Shown here: in pieces, positions 17,279 through 30,372 of the stretch
How positions within the stretch are numbered: position 1 is the first letter of the stretch
Layout of the letters: every line of letters begins with the position of its first letter
Assembly: GCF_009914755.1 (NCBI RefSeq)
Contig: NC_060929.1
Reading direction: 5' to 3' (one strand)
DNA from: the human T2T-CHM13v2.0 reference genome, Homo sapiens
Length of the DNA: 64,000 bases
The notes under the pieces: generated by a model
What the model was told of the DNA's origin: nothing
Database searches by the model: none
What the model saw: only the letters and a program-made list of their open reading frames with translations
Translations under genes and position numbers: made by a program

Positions 17279-17493
17279 GAGCTGGGGTCTCGCTAGTCTT
17301 CCTGGGTAGCCCAGGCTGGTGTGCAGTGGCATGATCATGCTTTAGTTTAAATTCCAGGGGGCCTTTGAGGAGCTGTGGATACTAGCACGGTGGAAGGGGA
17401 CAGCTGGGTGGATCACTTGCTGGAGTTGCTTCAAAACTGACCCTGGTCCTCCAGATGAAGGCAGGGAACAGACATTAACAGTGTTCTTTAAAT

Positions 17494-18178
17494 CAGCAGT
17501 CCCCAACCCTTTTGGCACAAGGGACTGGTTTTATAGAAGACAATTTTTCCATGGATGGGGGGTTGGTAGACAGGGATAGTTTGGAGATGAAGCTGTTCTA
17601 CCTCAGATAATCAGGCATCAGATTCTCAGGAGGAGCGCACAAGGTAGATCCCTTGCATGTGCAGTTTACAGTAGGCTTCGTGCACCTACGACAATCTAAT
17701 GTCTCTGCTGATCTGACAAGAAGTGGAGCTCAGGTGGTAACGCTGGGCTGCTGGCCACTCCCATCCTGCTGTGCCACGGGGCTCTTAATGCTAACGGTAG
17801 AGGGTGTCCAGGTTCTTGGCGTCTTGAAGAAAGAATTGGACAAAATGCGCAAGCAAAGCAAGGACGGAATGAAGGGATTTATTGAAAACAAAAGTACACT
17901 CCACAGTGTGGTAGTGGGCCTGCGCATAGGGGCTCAAAGTTACAGAGTTTTTGTGAGTTTAAATACCCTCTATTTGGGGTACGCCCTATGTAAATGAAGA
18001 GGATGAAGTAAAGTTTCAAAGTCATTTACTGGGTGTATGCCCTATGGAGAGGATATTTCCTGTTATAGCTGAAGTGTGAATGGGCCTTATGTTCCCGGCC
18101 TCCAGACCCTATTTTCCTGCCTCACTAACAGGCCAGGGTCCAGTACAGGCACGCTGTCTGGGGAGTTGGGGACCCCTC
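17494..18178 (+). mobile_element. MER1B interrupted by an LTR
   Basis: CAGCAGTCCCCAACC...GTTGGGGACCCCT with [C/T]TTTAAAT TSD. Confidence 0.88.
17789..18124 (-). mobile_element. MER51A-like ERV1 solo LTR
   Basis: Reverse complement begins TGAGGCAGGAAAATAGGGTCTGGAGG; TG..CA ends; 4-bp TSD ttaa/ctaa. Confidence 0.78.
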
Positions 18179-18277
18179 TTTTAAATAGTTTAAAGTTTAC
18201 ATTGTAATAAGGGCTGGAAGAGGGGGTTGGGATGTCCTTCACATGAGGCCGATGGTGCCTGCCTACTGCGAAGCTGA

Positions 18278-18673
<396 letters not shown>

Positions 18674-18746
18674 TAGGTGAGAGACTTATATACAAACCAC
18701 ATCCTCAGGACCCAGAAAAAAATTATTTTGACTCAAGAAGCCATAA

Positions 18747-18869
<123 letters not shown>

Positions 18870-19184
18870 TGAAGAATTGATGGCTTTCACAAGAGGAGGC
18901 ATAAGAACTCCGGTGGTGGCTGCAGCAGCCTTCGTAGTGAATTGATAATGAATGTGTGTAGACAAGTACCCCACGTCTCTCCAAGCCGGCAATATATTTA
19001 TTTTAAAACTATAAATATATTTTAAGTAGAATTTTTAAAAAGTAGGCTGACATAAGACAGTGACTTTAGATCAAAACAAAGAGATGCATGGCGTCTAAAT
19101 AAAACGGATCGTCTGAAATTAGTGTTATTTGAAATGACTGTCTAATATTGGAGATTCCAGTATTTATGAAAAATTTAACATTGA

Positions 19185-19815
19185 AAGAAATTATTCTTCT
19201 TAATGTTTATTTTAAATTCAGGGTACATATGCAGGTTTGTTATTTTGGTAAACTTGTGTCATGGGAGTTTGTTGTACACATTATTTTATCACCCAGGTAT
19301 GAAGCCTGGTGCCCATTACTATTTTTCCTGATCTTCTCCCTCCTTCCATCATCCACCTTCAATAGGCTCCAGTGTCTGTTGTTCCCCTCTTTGTGTCCAT
19401 GTCCATGTCATCTCCAGCTTGTAAGTGAGAACATGTGGTATTTGTTTTTCTATTCCTGCATTAGTTTGCTAAGAAAAAACAGCCTCCAGCTCCATCTATG
19501 TTCCTGCAAAAGACATGATCTTGTTCTTTTTTATGGCTGCATAGTATCCCATGGTGTATATATACCACATTTTCTTTATCCAGTCCACCATTAAAGGACA
19601 TTTAGGTTGATTCCATGTCTTTGCTATTGTGAATAGTGCACATGCATGTATGGTCTTTATGGTAGAACAATTTATATTCCTTTGGTACATACCCAGTAAT
19701 GGGATTGCTGGGTCAAATGGTATTTCTGTTATTTGGTCTTTGAGGAATTGCCATGCTGTTTTCCACAATGGTGGAAATATTTACACTAATTTACACTCTC
19801 ACCAATTGTGTATAA
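19185..19815 (-). mobile_element. L1 3' end (older L1PA/L1PB)
   Basis: ORF2 C-terminal peptide WKTAWQFLKD...IPFDPAIPLLG...AKTWNQPKCP plus L1 3'UTR. Confidence 0.9.
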
Positions 19816-20116
19816 GCAAAATTTTAACATTTTTTTAAAAAGTACTTGGAAGTTTGCATTGACATTGAATCAACTTAAGGTAGAATTTTAAAGCTTTTCA
19901 TACTTTGGAACACCACCTGGCTTTGGTCCAACCCCAGAACAAAGCAGAGCCATCTCTTACATACAAACAATTGTCCTGCTGCTGTAAACTTCAACACCTT
20001 GCATGAGGAAATTCAATTTAAAAGGAGAACTTGTATAGCTTTCAAACATATTAATATGTTTATTAATAATAACTTGCTCTGCAAGTTATTTTAAACCATC
20101 ATTAAAAACCAGTGTT

Positions 20117-20432
20117 TGCCGGGTGCAGTGGTTCACACCTGTAATCCCACTGCTTTGGGAGGCCAAGGAGGGCAGATCACGAGGTCAGGAGTTTGAGACC
20201 AGCCTCGCCAACATAGTGAAACCCCATCTCTACTAAAAATACAAAAAAATTAGCCAGGCGTGGTGGTGGGCACCTGTAATCCCAGCTACTTGGGAGGCTG
20301 AGGCAGGAGAATCGTTTGAACCTATGAGGCGGAGGTTGCAGTGAGCTCAGATCACACCATTTCACTTCAGCCCGGGCTACAGTGCAAGACTCCATCTCAA
20401 AAACAAAACAAAACAAAACAAACAAACAAATG
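20117..20432 (+). mobile_element. AluS
   Basis: Alu consensus; TSD aaccagtgttt. Confidence 0.92.
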
Positions 20433-21589
20433 AACCAGTGTTTTGGTTTACTACTTAAGTATATTTGGAGTGAAAATTATCACTAAAATAATATATGACT
20501 CTAACAAAAATGCTTTCATTGTAATAAAATGTACTACATTGATTTGCCAAAGTTTTGCAACCTGGTAAAGGTTGCAAAAGGTCCTTGGATTTGTAGTTTG
20601 TGATTTAATATGCTGTACCATGGACTGGTTATGTTAACTGGAAAAATAAATTTGTTACTTGAAAATCCAAACAAAACAAAAAACAAAAAGCGAAGGCAGA
20701 TTAAAGAGGACCACAGGAAGATTTATAGCCTTGTGCCTTCTGAGTTGACAACCACAGAGTTCCAGGGCATTAACTCTAGATCTGACAATTCCAGGCACCT
20801 ACAGAATTCTCCCCTGGTGAGTCTTACCCACGATCTGGAAGTCCAAGATCAAAGCACCAGATTCAGCTCTTGGTGGGGATTCTCTTTCTGTCGTGCCAAT
20901 GGCCATGTTGTTGCTGTGTTCTCACATGGCACAGAGGGAAAGAAAAAGAGAGAAAGGGGGAGAAAGGGAGAGAGGGAGAAGGGGAGAGAACAAGAAGGAC
21001 ATGGTATCTCTTCCTTTTCTCGGAAGGCCGCCAATCCCATTATGAAAGCCCCAACCTCGTAACTTCATCTTAACGTGCTTGTCTCCCAAAGGCTCCATCT
21101 CTAAATACCATCACCTTGTGGATTAATCAAAATCATCATGAATTTTGGGGAAGACAATTCAGTCCATAGCACCAAGTGTATGTGATGATCTCATAATCTC
21201 TGCCCATCTCAGGGCCTGCATCAACTGAGACTATTTTCTTTCTTCAGGCATTTCAGAAGACAGAGATTTTTTTTAAAAAAAGGTGCAGCAGAGAATACAA
21301 TGCATTGATTAATTAATTAATTAATTAATTCTGAGACAGCATCTCACTCCAGCACCCTGGATTATTTGGGTTACTTCAGTGCCCCTCTGGCAGGTGATAT
21401 TGTTTCACATTCATTGCTTGCCTGTATGGGGGCAAGTACACAGGCATCCATTGGGCCAATCCCCTTTTTGTAGCTTGATTACTTTCCAGACTCAGACCTT
21501 ATTCTTATTCAGCTCATTTGAGGTCCACTAATGCTCTAATGCTTAACTCATAGCATAGATTTTATTTCACATTAATGGATTCAGAAGTG

Positions 21590-22640
21590 TGACCAATGCC
21601 CAATGTCACAATTCTTTTTTAATTGGAAATGACCCAGACATTCAATGGTATCTGAAATAATTTTAATAGTTTAAGTTACATTAAAAGTTCACCTACAAGC
21701 ATTGATTCCATTTACATTTATTCAATTTATTCACCTATAGCAGTTTATCTAGATTAGTTCTTAGAACTAAGACATTAGACAACACTAATTATCGCTCCAA
21801 GTTATTTCTTTGTTAACAATTTGCATGGCCTGTGAATATCAGGTGTTCACCTATGCAAAAATCTTAAACACATGGGCATTTTTTTCTGATAATACAGAAA
21901 AATTAATTATTCTTATGGAACCAACAATATTAAATTAGTCTTATTTATCAAAAAAGTCATTCAAAGAAAGATTATTCTGTTTTTGGTTGAGTTTATGATC
22001 TTATAACCTTCATGTAAAATTCTAGCATGTTCAAATATTTAGCAAAGGCAAATATAAAACTCATCTAATTAGTAAACCCAGAAAAAAATGTATGTTTACC
22101 ATTCCAAAGACATTTCTATTTTTATTTTGTGAATAGTTTTAAAGCAAGCTTATTATTAAAGACTACTAAATTCACACAAATTTGAAAAGCATTTGGACTT
22201 TCTTGCTAAATTTGTAAGCACTCATTTACTTATAAGCCAATATGGTGCCATTTTGGACATAACATACAACATAATACATGTAACACGCACAGAAACACAT
22301 AGAAACACGTATCCATACACACAAAGATCAAATAGATGTTACCGTGAAACTCTAGCCATGACATGGCATCATAAACTCATTATTTTACAAAAGGCAGCTG
22401 GAGTGGATCCAAATTATTTCAGGACAGGACAAAACTGGGACCTGTCCACATGGCTAAACTTTATCTGCCCTGATAGGTAATCCAGTTAATGCTGTGGACC
22501 AAACCTTTGGCTAATGCAGTTTCCATAGTAGTTTTATATCTAAAACTTTTTTTAACCATTTTTTCCTTCAGTTCCAAATTAGTTTCCAATGTTTACATCT
22601 TAGCTAGAACTGGCTGAACTGCATACAAAAAACAAAGTTT
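21590..22640 (-). mobile_element. ERV1 internal fragment (MER4-group-int-like)
   Basis: AT-rich sequence resembling MER4-group non-autonomous internal regions; recognised by eye only. Confidence 0.45.
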
Positions 22641-22642
22641 CC

Positions 22643-22974
<332 letters not shown>

Positions 22975-23619
22975 TTATCTTAAGCGGTGCATACACAAAA
23001 ATGGGCCTTACCTCCTTTTCAGTTTGGGAGAATGTTAAAGTGCCAGGATTATCTCATAACAATGGTAATCATGAACAGAATCTGAGAGCCCAAAATGATA
23101 AATCAGGAAGGGGCCTCTGTGGAGGGAATCATGCCGCAATCAACAATGTCCATATAGGGTGAAATTGCCTGACTGTTCAACAATCGTGGGCTGCTGCTAT
23201 TTTCACCCTTTCAATGATTAAATGTTAAAATACCTGACAATACCAAGTGTTAGAGAGCATATTAAACTTCAGAGTATCTAATATATTGTAAATGGTAACA
23301 TGTATTTGTACTATCACTTTGAAAAACAATCTGTTGCCTTATGAAGCTGCAAGTCACATATCTCAAAACCTACCAATTCCATTTCAGAGTACACGTCCAA
23401 GAAAAATTGTTGAACATACATATACACTAGGAAATATGTAAAAGAATATTAATATCTGTGCTGTTAACAGTAACAAAAACCTGGTGGGGAAGGAGGATCC
23501 AAAGGTTCTCATTGAGGTTTTAATTTCCATTTCCCTGATGATTAGTAATAAAAGAGCATTTTTTATATATGTTGGCTATCTGTATGTCTTCTTTTAAGAA
23601 ACGTCTTTTCAATACAATA

Positions 23620-24481
<862 letters not shown>

Positions 24482-24829
24482 TAATCCTTTGAGCTTCCCT
24501 CCCATTCCCCTTCATCGCAAACACCACACCCACACCCTGCCTTCAGCCCAGTATCCATCCCACCAAACGCACACACTCTAGCTCAAAGATACAGACATAC
24601 CTCTTTCCCACAGCCCTGGTTCTCGGTCTCTCCTGTAGTACTACCAGAACGTTTGGGGTCAGAAATCGGATATCTACACTTCCCCGTCTCCCAAAAGAGC
24701 TTCCCTCCTTAGGCGTCCGGAGGTCTCTTGGATTTTTCACTGCTAATCCCATCTGTCTTCACTAGACTCACTTCCCACAACTTGCTCCAGGAGGGGCCTA
24801 TGTGGACACTGAAGGCGACTGGGGCGGTT

Positions 24830-25900
24830 CCTCTTCTGATGTAGTTAGCTCTCAGTTAGCTCACCGCCCAGTTCTCCTTGATCTCTCCGGGCTGGACCGC
24901 CTCGTAAGCAGGAGGAGCATAGAAGGAGGCGGGCTCCACAAGCTTGATCTTCTGAATCCCCTTGTCTCTGTAAACTTCCCCTGGAAGAAGCGATGCACTG
25001 GCGAAGCCATGTGAGGGGGGCTTTTGGTTCCAGAGAGACAGCCCGAGAGCCCCAGTGGGAACCATCCGGAGACCCAGAAGATCGAATTCGCGGGACGGCG
25101 CGTTACCTTCCAACACCGCTGGGCCACCACTCTGAGAACCAGAATCAGCGGTACTGGGGCTTCCCCACGGGACAGGAGCGCGTTCTTTGGATTCCCCTGG
25201 TGCGGCGTGCACAACCTTCGGACGAAGAGTCCACGCCTGCCACCCAGGAGGAGGCCCAGGCGCAGGCAGGAGTGGCGGCCGCAGCCTCGTCGGAGGAGCC
25301 CGGTCACTGCGCTCCGCGGCCGCCACACGCGCCGCGATCGGCCCTCTTCGAAGACTGGTCGCGGGAACCAGAGAGGTCTGACGATGGGGACCTCTCGGAG
25401 TGTCGTCGCCCTGCTACTGAGCCTTGGCGGCCACCGGGCTCAGCCTGGAGGCTTCCTTGTGCAGCATAGGCCGCCTGTCCGCCAAGAAGACCGCAGCCTG
25501 CCTGGGACGGCCGCCCTGGGCGCTCAGAAGCCAGGAGATGTCCAACGAGGCCCTTGGGTTCCTGATCCTCTGCCCAAGAACTGGGTTTCCGTAATGCCTC
25601 TGCTCTGTTCCCATGCCACTCAGGAGGCTGTGGCTGAGCAGCGCTTCGGACACATTATTCTCTTTAGTCTGTTCTCGGAATAAAATCCAACGCCAAGGCA
25701 AAAGTCTGCATCGCGTGTGTTTCTGGCCTAGCTTTTGGGGATGGATGGACCAATGCAAGGGCTGCTCTGATTGGGGGTCCCTGTGCTGTCCCGAACCACG
25801 CCAACGCGGGACATTCTCAGGCTTCCCGGCCAGGGAGCAGGGAGGTAGCCAGGGCCTCCCGGGCCAAAGGGCGCGCCAAGGAACAGACTTGCCCCTTCAT
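24830..25900. promoter_or_regulatory. CpG island
   Basis: High GC and CpG density against a CpG-depleted background. Confidence 0.8.
24993..25469 (+). CDS. Intact 158-aa ANXA2R-like ORF (copy R2), intronless candidate gene
   Basis: True ATG in context gaagaagcgATG (cf. gaaggacgcgATG in R4). Colinear with recalled ANXA2R: SRETAREPQWEPSGDPEDR~SAEVAPEPQPPPIVSSEDR; AQPSDEESTPATQ~AKPTEFSWPGTQ; DDGDLSECRRPATEPWRPPG~DSGCLLERRHPPALQPWRHLPG. AATAAA at 25679-25684. Expression not shown. Confidence 0.55.
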   Translation: MHWRSHVRGAFGSRETAREPQWEPSGDPEDRIRGTARYLPTPLGHHSENQNQRYWGFPTGQERVLWIPLVRRAQPSDEESTPATQEEAQAQAGVAAAASSEEPGHCAPRPPHAPRSALFEDWSREPERSDDGDLSECRRPATEPWRPPGSAWRLPCAA

Positions 25901-26447
25901 CCACCTTCCTCCAAACACACTGCGCAGCCCAGGCTTCCTGTCTACCTGGAGCACCAGGTCCATCCCAGAAAACTTACCTTCCTTCTCCTCGTCCTCCTTC
26001 TCTTCCTTCTCCCCCTCCTTCTCAGACTCTCCTTACACCCCCTGTGCATCTCAAGCCTGCACACAGAGAAAGCAGCCCTTTGTCCCCACCTCCCCCTTCC
26101 CACTCCCAGCCATAGAGTTTAATTAGTGCCCCCCAGCCCTGTCAGGATGTGCTTTATTCCGACGCTTATTCCAACTGGGGAGACCTTACAGGCCCCTTTC
26201 CTCCCTAGTTCAAAGGGACCTTGAGTCTACTGGAGCCAGGAAGCCCACACCCTGGATACCTCCATGGACTTCACAACATACACAGCCCCTAGTGGGGCAA
26301 AAGACCATTCCTTTGGGCAAGAAACTTCTGTAGTGGCTTGCAGGCTCCTCTTTCTTTTCTGGGACCTCTTTACTCAGTTCTGTGCTTTTCACTTCTCTAC
26401 TGGGAAGATCTCAACCCTCCCCTCCCTTCCCCTGACCACTGTCACAG

Positions 26448-26448
<1 letters not shown>

Positions 26449-26492
<44 letters not shown>
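26449..26492 (+). repeat. (CA)n microsatellite
   Basis: Seen directly. Confidence 0.95.
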
Positions 26493-26495
<3 letters not shown>

Positions 26496-27159
26496 TACAT
26501 CCACCTGGGACTGCCCCCATGTTGTCGTTGCCCTCCTCTGTCCTGCCTGGAGTCTTCTGTTGTCTCCGTGTATAGCTGAAGGTGGATGTTGTTGCTCATC
26601 CACCTTCACTGCCCTATGCGCACCACACTGAAGAGCCAAAGTAGTAAAATGGGGTTGATTTTTGTCCTCTGGTGGACCAGTAGCTGTCCTGGTTTCTGCC
26701 TCACACTCCAAAGGAAGTGCTTGAATGCTTTTTTCAGCTTGGGTAACCTGTTGATCCATCAGGATAGCCTATCACAGATAGGACCTAGATTATCTACCTG
26801 TGATGGAGACAGTCATTCCCCACCCTGGAAGTCCCTCACTGCTCTTCCAGGTCTTCTTTTCTCACCCAGAGACAGAGGAAGAACATCTGTGGGGTTAAGA
26901 AATCAATGACTGCCTGAGTTTCCTCACTTCCACATCACTGCCCGAACTATGTCAGTTAGGCATCTCATGAGTCCTGGACGAGACCATTGTAATAGCCCTT
27001 GAAATTCCAGAAACGGTAAGGGTCCTGCTGAAAGCCCCTGGCCCAGTATTCCCTGGCATAATTTGGAATCCAGTTTCCCATTGACTGTTGCCAACTTCGA
27101 AATGCAAAGGCATAAGCACAGGTGCTGTGCTTTCTAAGGTTCTAGCAGACACAGGGTCA

Positions 27160-28345
27160 AAATCTGTAAAATACTAAAAGACATTTATTCTGAGCCAAAT
27201 ATGAGTGTCCAATGGCCCCTGAAAGAGCCCTCAGGAGATCCTGAAAACATCTGCTTTAGGCGGTCAGGGCACAACTTGGTTTATACATATTTTAGGAAGA
27301 CATGGGATCAATACATGAAAGACGTACATTGGTTCAGTCCAGAAACACAGTATAACCGGAAGCAGGATCTTCCAAGTCCAAGGCAAATTCAAAGATTTTC
27401 TTATTGGCAATTTGGTTAAACAATTATTATCACTAGAAAGGAGTGTCTGGGTTACCTTAAGGTATTGTGGAGACCAAGGTTTTACCATGCAGATAAAGCC
27501 CTCCAGGTAGCAGTCTTCAGAGAGCTAGGTAGTAAATGTTTCTCATCAGACTGAAAGAGTCTGTTCTATCATTCATTCCAAAAGAGAGGAGAATATTATG
27601 GGGCATGTCTGGATCTCCCTTTCCATCATGGCTTGAAACTCCTTTTTTTTTGAGACCAACTCTTTTTTTATTTTTCCAGAGTCTCGCTCTCTCGCCCAGG
27701 CTGGAGTGCAGTGGCGTGATCTCAGCTCACTGCAAGCTCCGCCTCCCGGGTTCACGCCATTCTCCTGCCTCAAGTAGCTGGGACTACAGGCGCCTGCCAC
27801 CACGCCTGGCTAATATTTTTGTATTTTTAGTAGAGACGGGGTTTCACCGTGTTAGCTAGGATGGTCTAGATCTCCTGACCTCGTGATCCTTCCGCCTCGG
27901 CCTCCCAAAGTGCTGGGATTACAGGTGTGAGCCACCGCACCCAGCCTGAGACCAGCTCTTGCTCTGTCACCCAGGCTGGAGTGGAGTGGCACGATTTTGG
28001 CTCACTGCAACCTTGGCCTCCTGGGTCAAGCGATTCTCCTGCTTCAACCTCCCTAGTAGCTGGGATTACAGGTGCTCACCACCACACCCAGCTAATTTTT
28101 GTATTTTTAGTAGAGATGGGGTTTTACCATGTTGGTCAGGCTGGTCTTGAACTCCTCAGCTCAGGCGATCCGCCCCCTTTGGACTCCCAAAGTGCTTGGA
28201 TTGCAGACGTGAGCCACCATGCAGTGGGGAGGCTGGGGGGCGGGAACTGCTTTTTCAGGCTGACTTTGAAATCCCCTTGGCTGAGAGAAGGGGTCCATTC
28301 AGATGTTTGTGTGGGGTCTTCACATTTTATTTTTGCTTTACAGTA
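27160..28345 (-). mobile_element. MER4-family LTR interrupted by two Alus (27660-27947 AluY; 27950-28222 AluS)
   Basis: ttattctgagccaaatatgagtg...ccctcaggagatcctga...tacattggttcagtccagaaa. Confidence 0.78.
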
Positions 28346-28491
28346 ACAATGAAGTAATAACCATATACAAGTTTAGCAAATGATTGAGCCCTCATCCACT
28401 GTGCTTATATTTATGTCCTGGTCTGAAAACCAATCCCAGTTCCCATTTTTAAATTGTTTTCGTAACTATTCCTGGATACAGGGACTCTACC

Positions 28492-28796
28492 GGCTGGGCC
28501 CAGTGGCTCATGTCTGTAATCCCAGCACTTTGGGAGGCTGAGGCGGGTGGATCACCTGAGGTCAGGAGTTCCAGACCAGCCTACCAACATGGAAAAACCC
28601 TGTTTCTACTGAAAATACAAAATTAGCTGGGCATGGTGGTGCATGCCTATAATCCCAGCTAGTCGGGAGGTTGAGGCAGGAGAATCGCATCAACCCGGGA
28701 GGCGGAGGCTGACAGTGAGCCGATATCGTGCCATTGCACTCCAGACTGGGTGACAAAAGTGAAATTCAGTCTCAAACAAAAGAAAGGAAAAAAAAG
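28492..28796 (+). mobile_element. AluS
   Basis: Alu consensus; TSD ggactctacc. Confidence 0.92.
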
Positions 28797-30096
28797 GACT
28801 CTACCTGTCAGAGTCCACACAGGAACCGAAACCAAAGCAGCCAACACTGTGAGAGCCAAACTAATGTGCTGCCACCTTACTGCCAGGCCATAACCAGAAT
28901 GACTGTTGACCTGTTTACTGTCTCGTTTCTCACCAAGTCGGGCTACCATTGACAAAGACTAACTGTGACCCTGTTGGTAAGGCAAATTTAGAAATGGAGG
29001 TTTTAGGAGTCCAGGCCCACAATTCAACAGAGAAGACAGAAAGGCCTAAATGTGCCTAAGCACAAAAAATAAACACAGTAAAACAAAAACCAGGTGTGTT
29101 TTTAGAGCTACATTTAACAAGTGTACTCTTTTAACACAAAAATGCAACGCACTGTCACTGGACTAACTACAAGATTAGACAACACAAACATTTTATTAGA
29201 TGACACGGTGCCATAGGCAATGAGGTCCTCTGATTGATCACAGTTTAAAAATTGAGACATGACCGTTTTCATTCCCATTCATGAAGCTCTGTGACTGTAG
29301 GTACAATCTCAGTTGGAGGGAAAATCTAACATCTAAATTTGAGGTTCTTCATGAGTCTGAGGCCTTGGACAATTGGACCTTCCATGGATATCCTCTCACC
29401 CCATTGGCTCCAAGCCTATACATCTTATTAGATTTAAGCTTAGTCCTCTGATTGGGGTCTTGCAACCAGGAGGCTGGCTCTTGGGATATCTTCATCAATG
29501 TTTTTTCAGATTTTTAGATACTTTTTTTTTTTCAAAAATAGGGACCAGAGGATAGCAGTTAGGTTCTAATGAGAGAATAGAGATCTGAAATATGAACAGG
29601 GGGTTCCCAATGTTGTTCCACTTATTTTTTAAATATCAGACTATGCAGTCTCATTCCTATTTCTCTGCATGGCCATTTGTACCAAGTACTTCCATAATAT
29701 AATCCAACTTACAAATATTTATAATATGCAGCTGAATTCAATACTGTAAAACTTAAGAATCATATCTCTTTGAGTAACCCCTTAACAGCTATCTGATTAT
29801 GGTTCAAATCCAGATATTCTAATTCATTCTGCAAGCAGATACCTCTCAGATGCACTCTGAGTATATTCAAGTCCTCCACAGGCTCACTCTAAAGGAGGCA
29901 AAGTTCTAGCTGCACTAGAAAGAAACATTTGAGTCATTCCAGATGTCCAGCCTTGTTAAAGTCAGAACTTCAAAACACTTGAGTTCACTGGGGTCCAGCA
30001 TCTTGACCTTTTTATGCCATATATTCACATATCCACTTCCCTATTTTGAAATACAAAGCATCACTAAATTCACAATTATCTTTTCTTTCCCCCACT

Positions 30097-30372
30097 TGAG
30101 ACAGAGTCTCACTCTGTGGCCCAGGCCTGAGTGCAGTGCCACAAACACGGCTCACTGTAGTCTCGACCTCCTGGACTTGAGCAGTCCTCTCGCCTCAGCC
30201 TCCTCAGCGCTGGCACCAAGGTGCATGCCACCATCTTGGGTTAATATTCTTTATGTTTCATAGAGAGGGAGTCTCCCCATGTTCTCCAGGCTGGTCTCAA
30301 ACACCTGAGTTCAAGCAGTTCTCCACCTCAGCCTCACAACTTGCTGGGATTACGGGCTGGGCCACCATGCCC
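30097..30372 (-). mobile_element. AluJ
   Basis: Diverged Alu with J-type features. Confidence 0.8.

Noticed and set aside
24856-25758. Overlapping long ORFs 25024-25683(+), 24856-25326(-), 24861-25328(-)
   Set aside because: Expected in stop-poor GC-rich DNA, with non-ATG starts and no recognisable homology. Only the 24993 frame matches ANXA2R.
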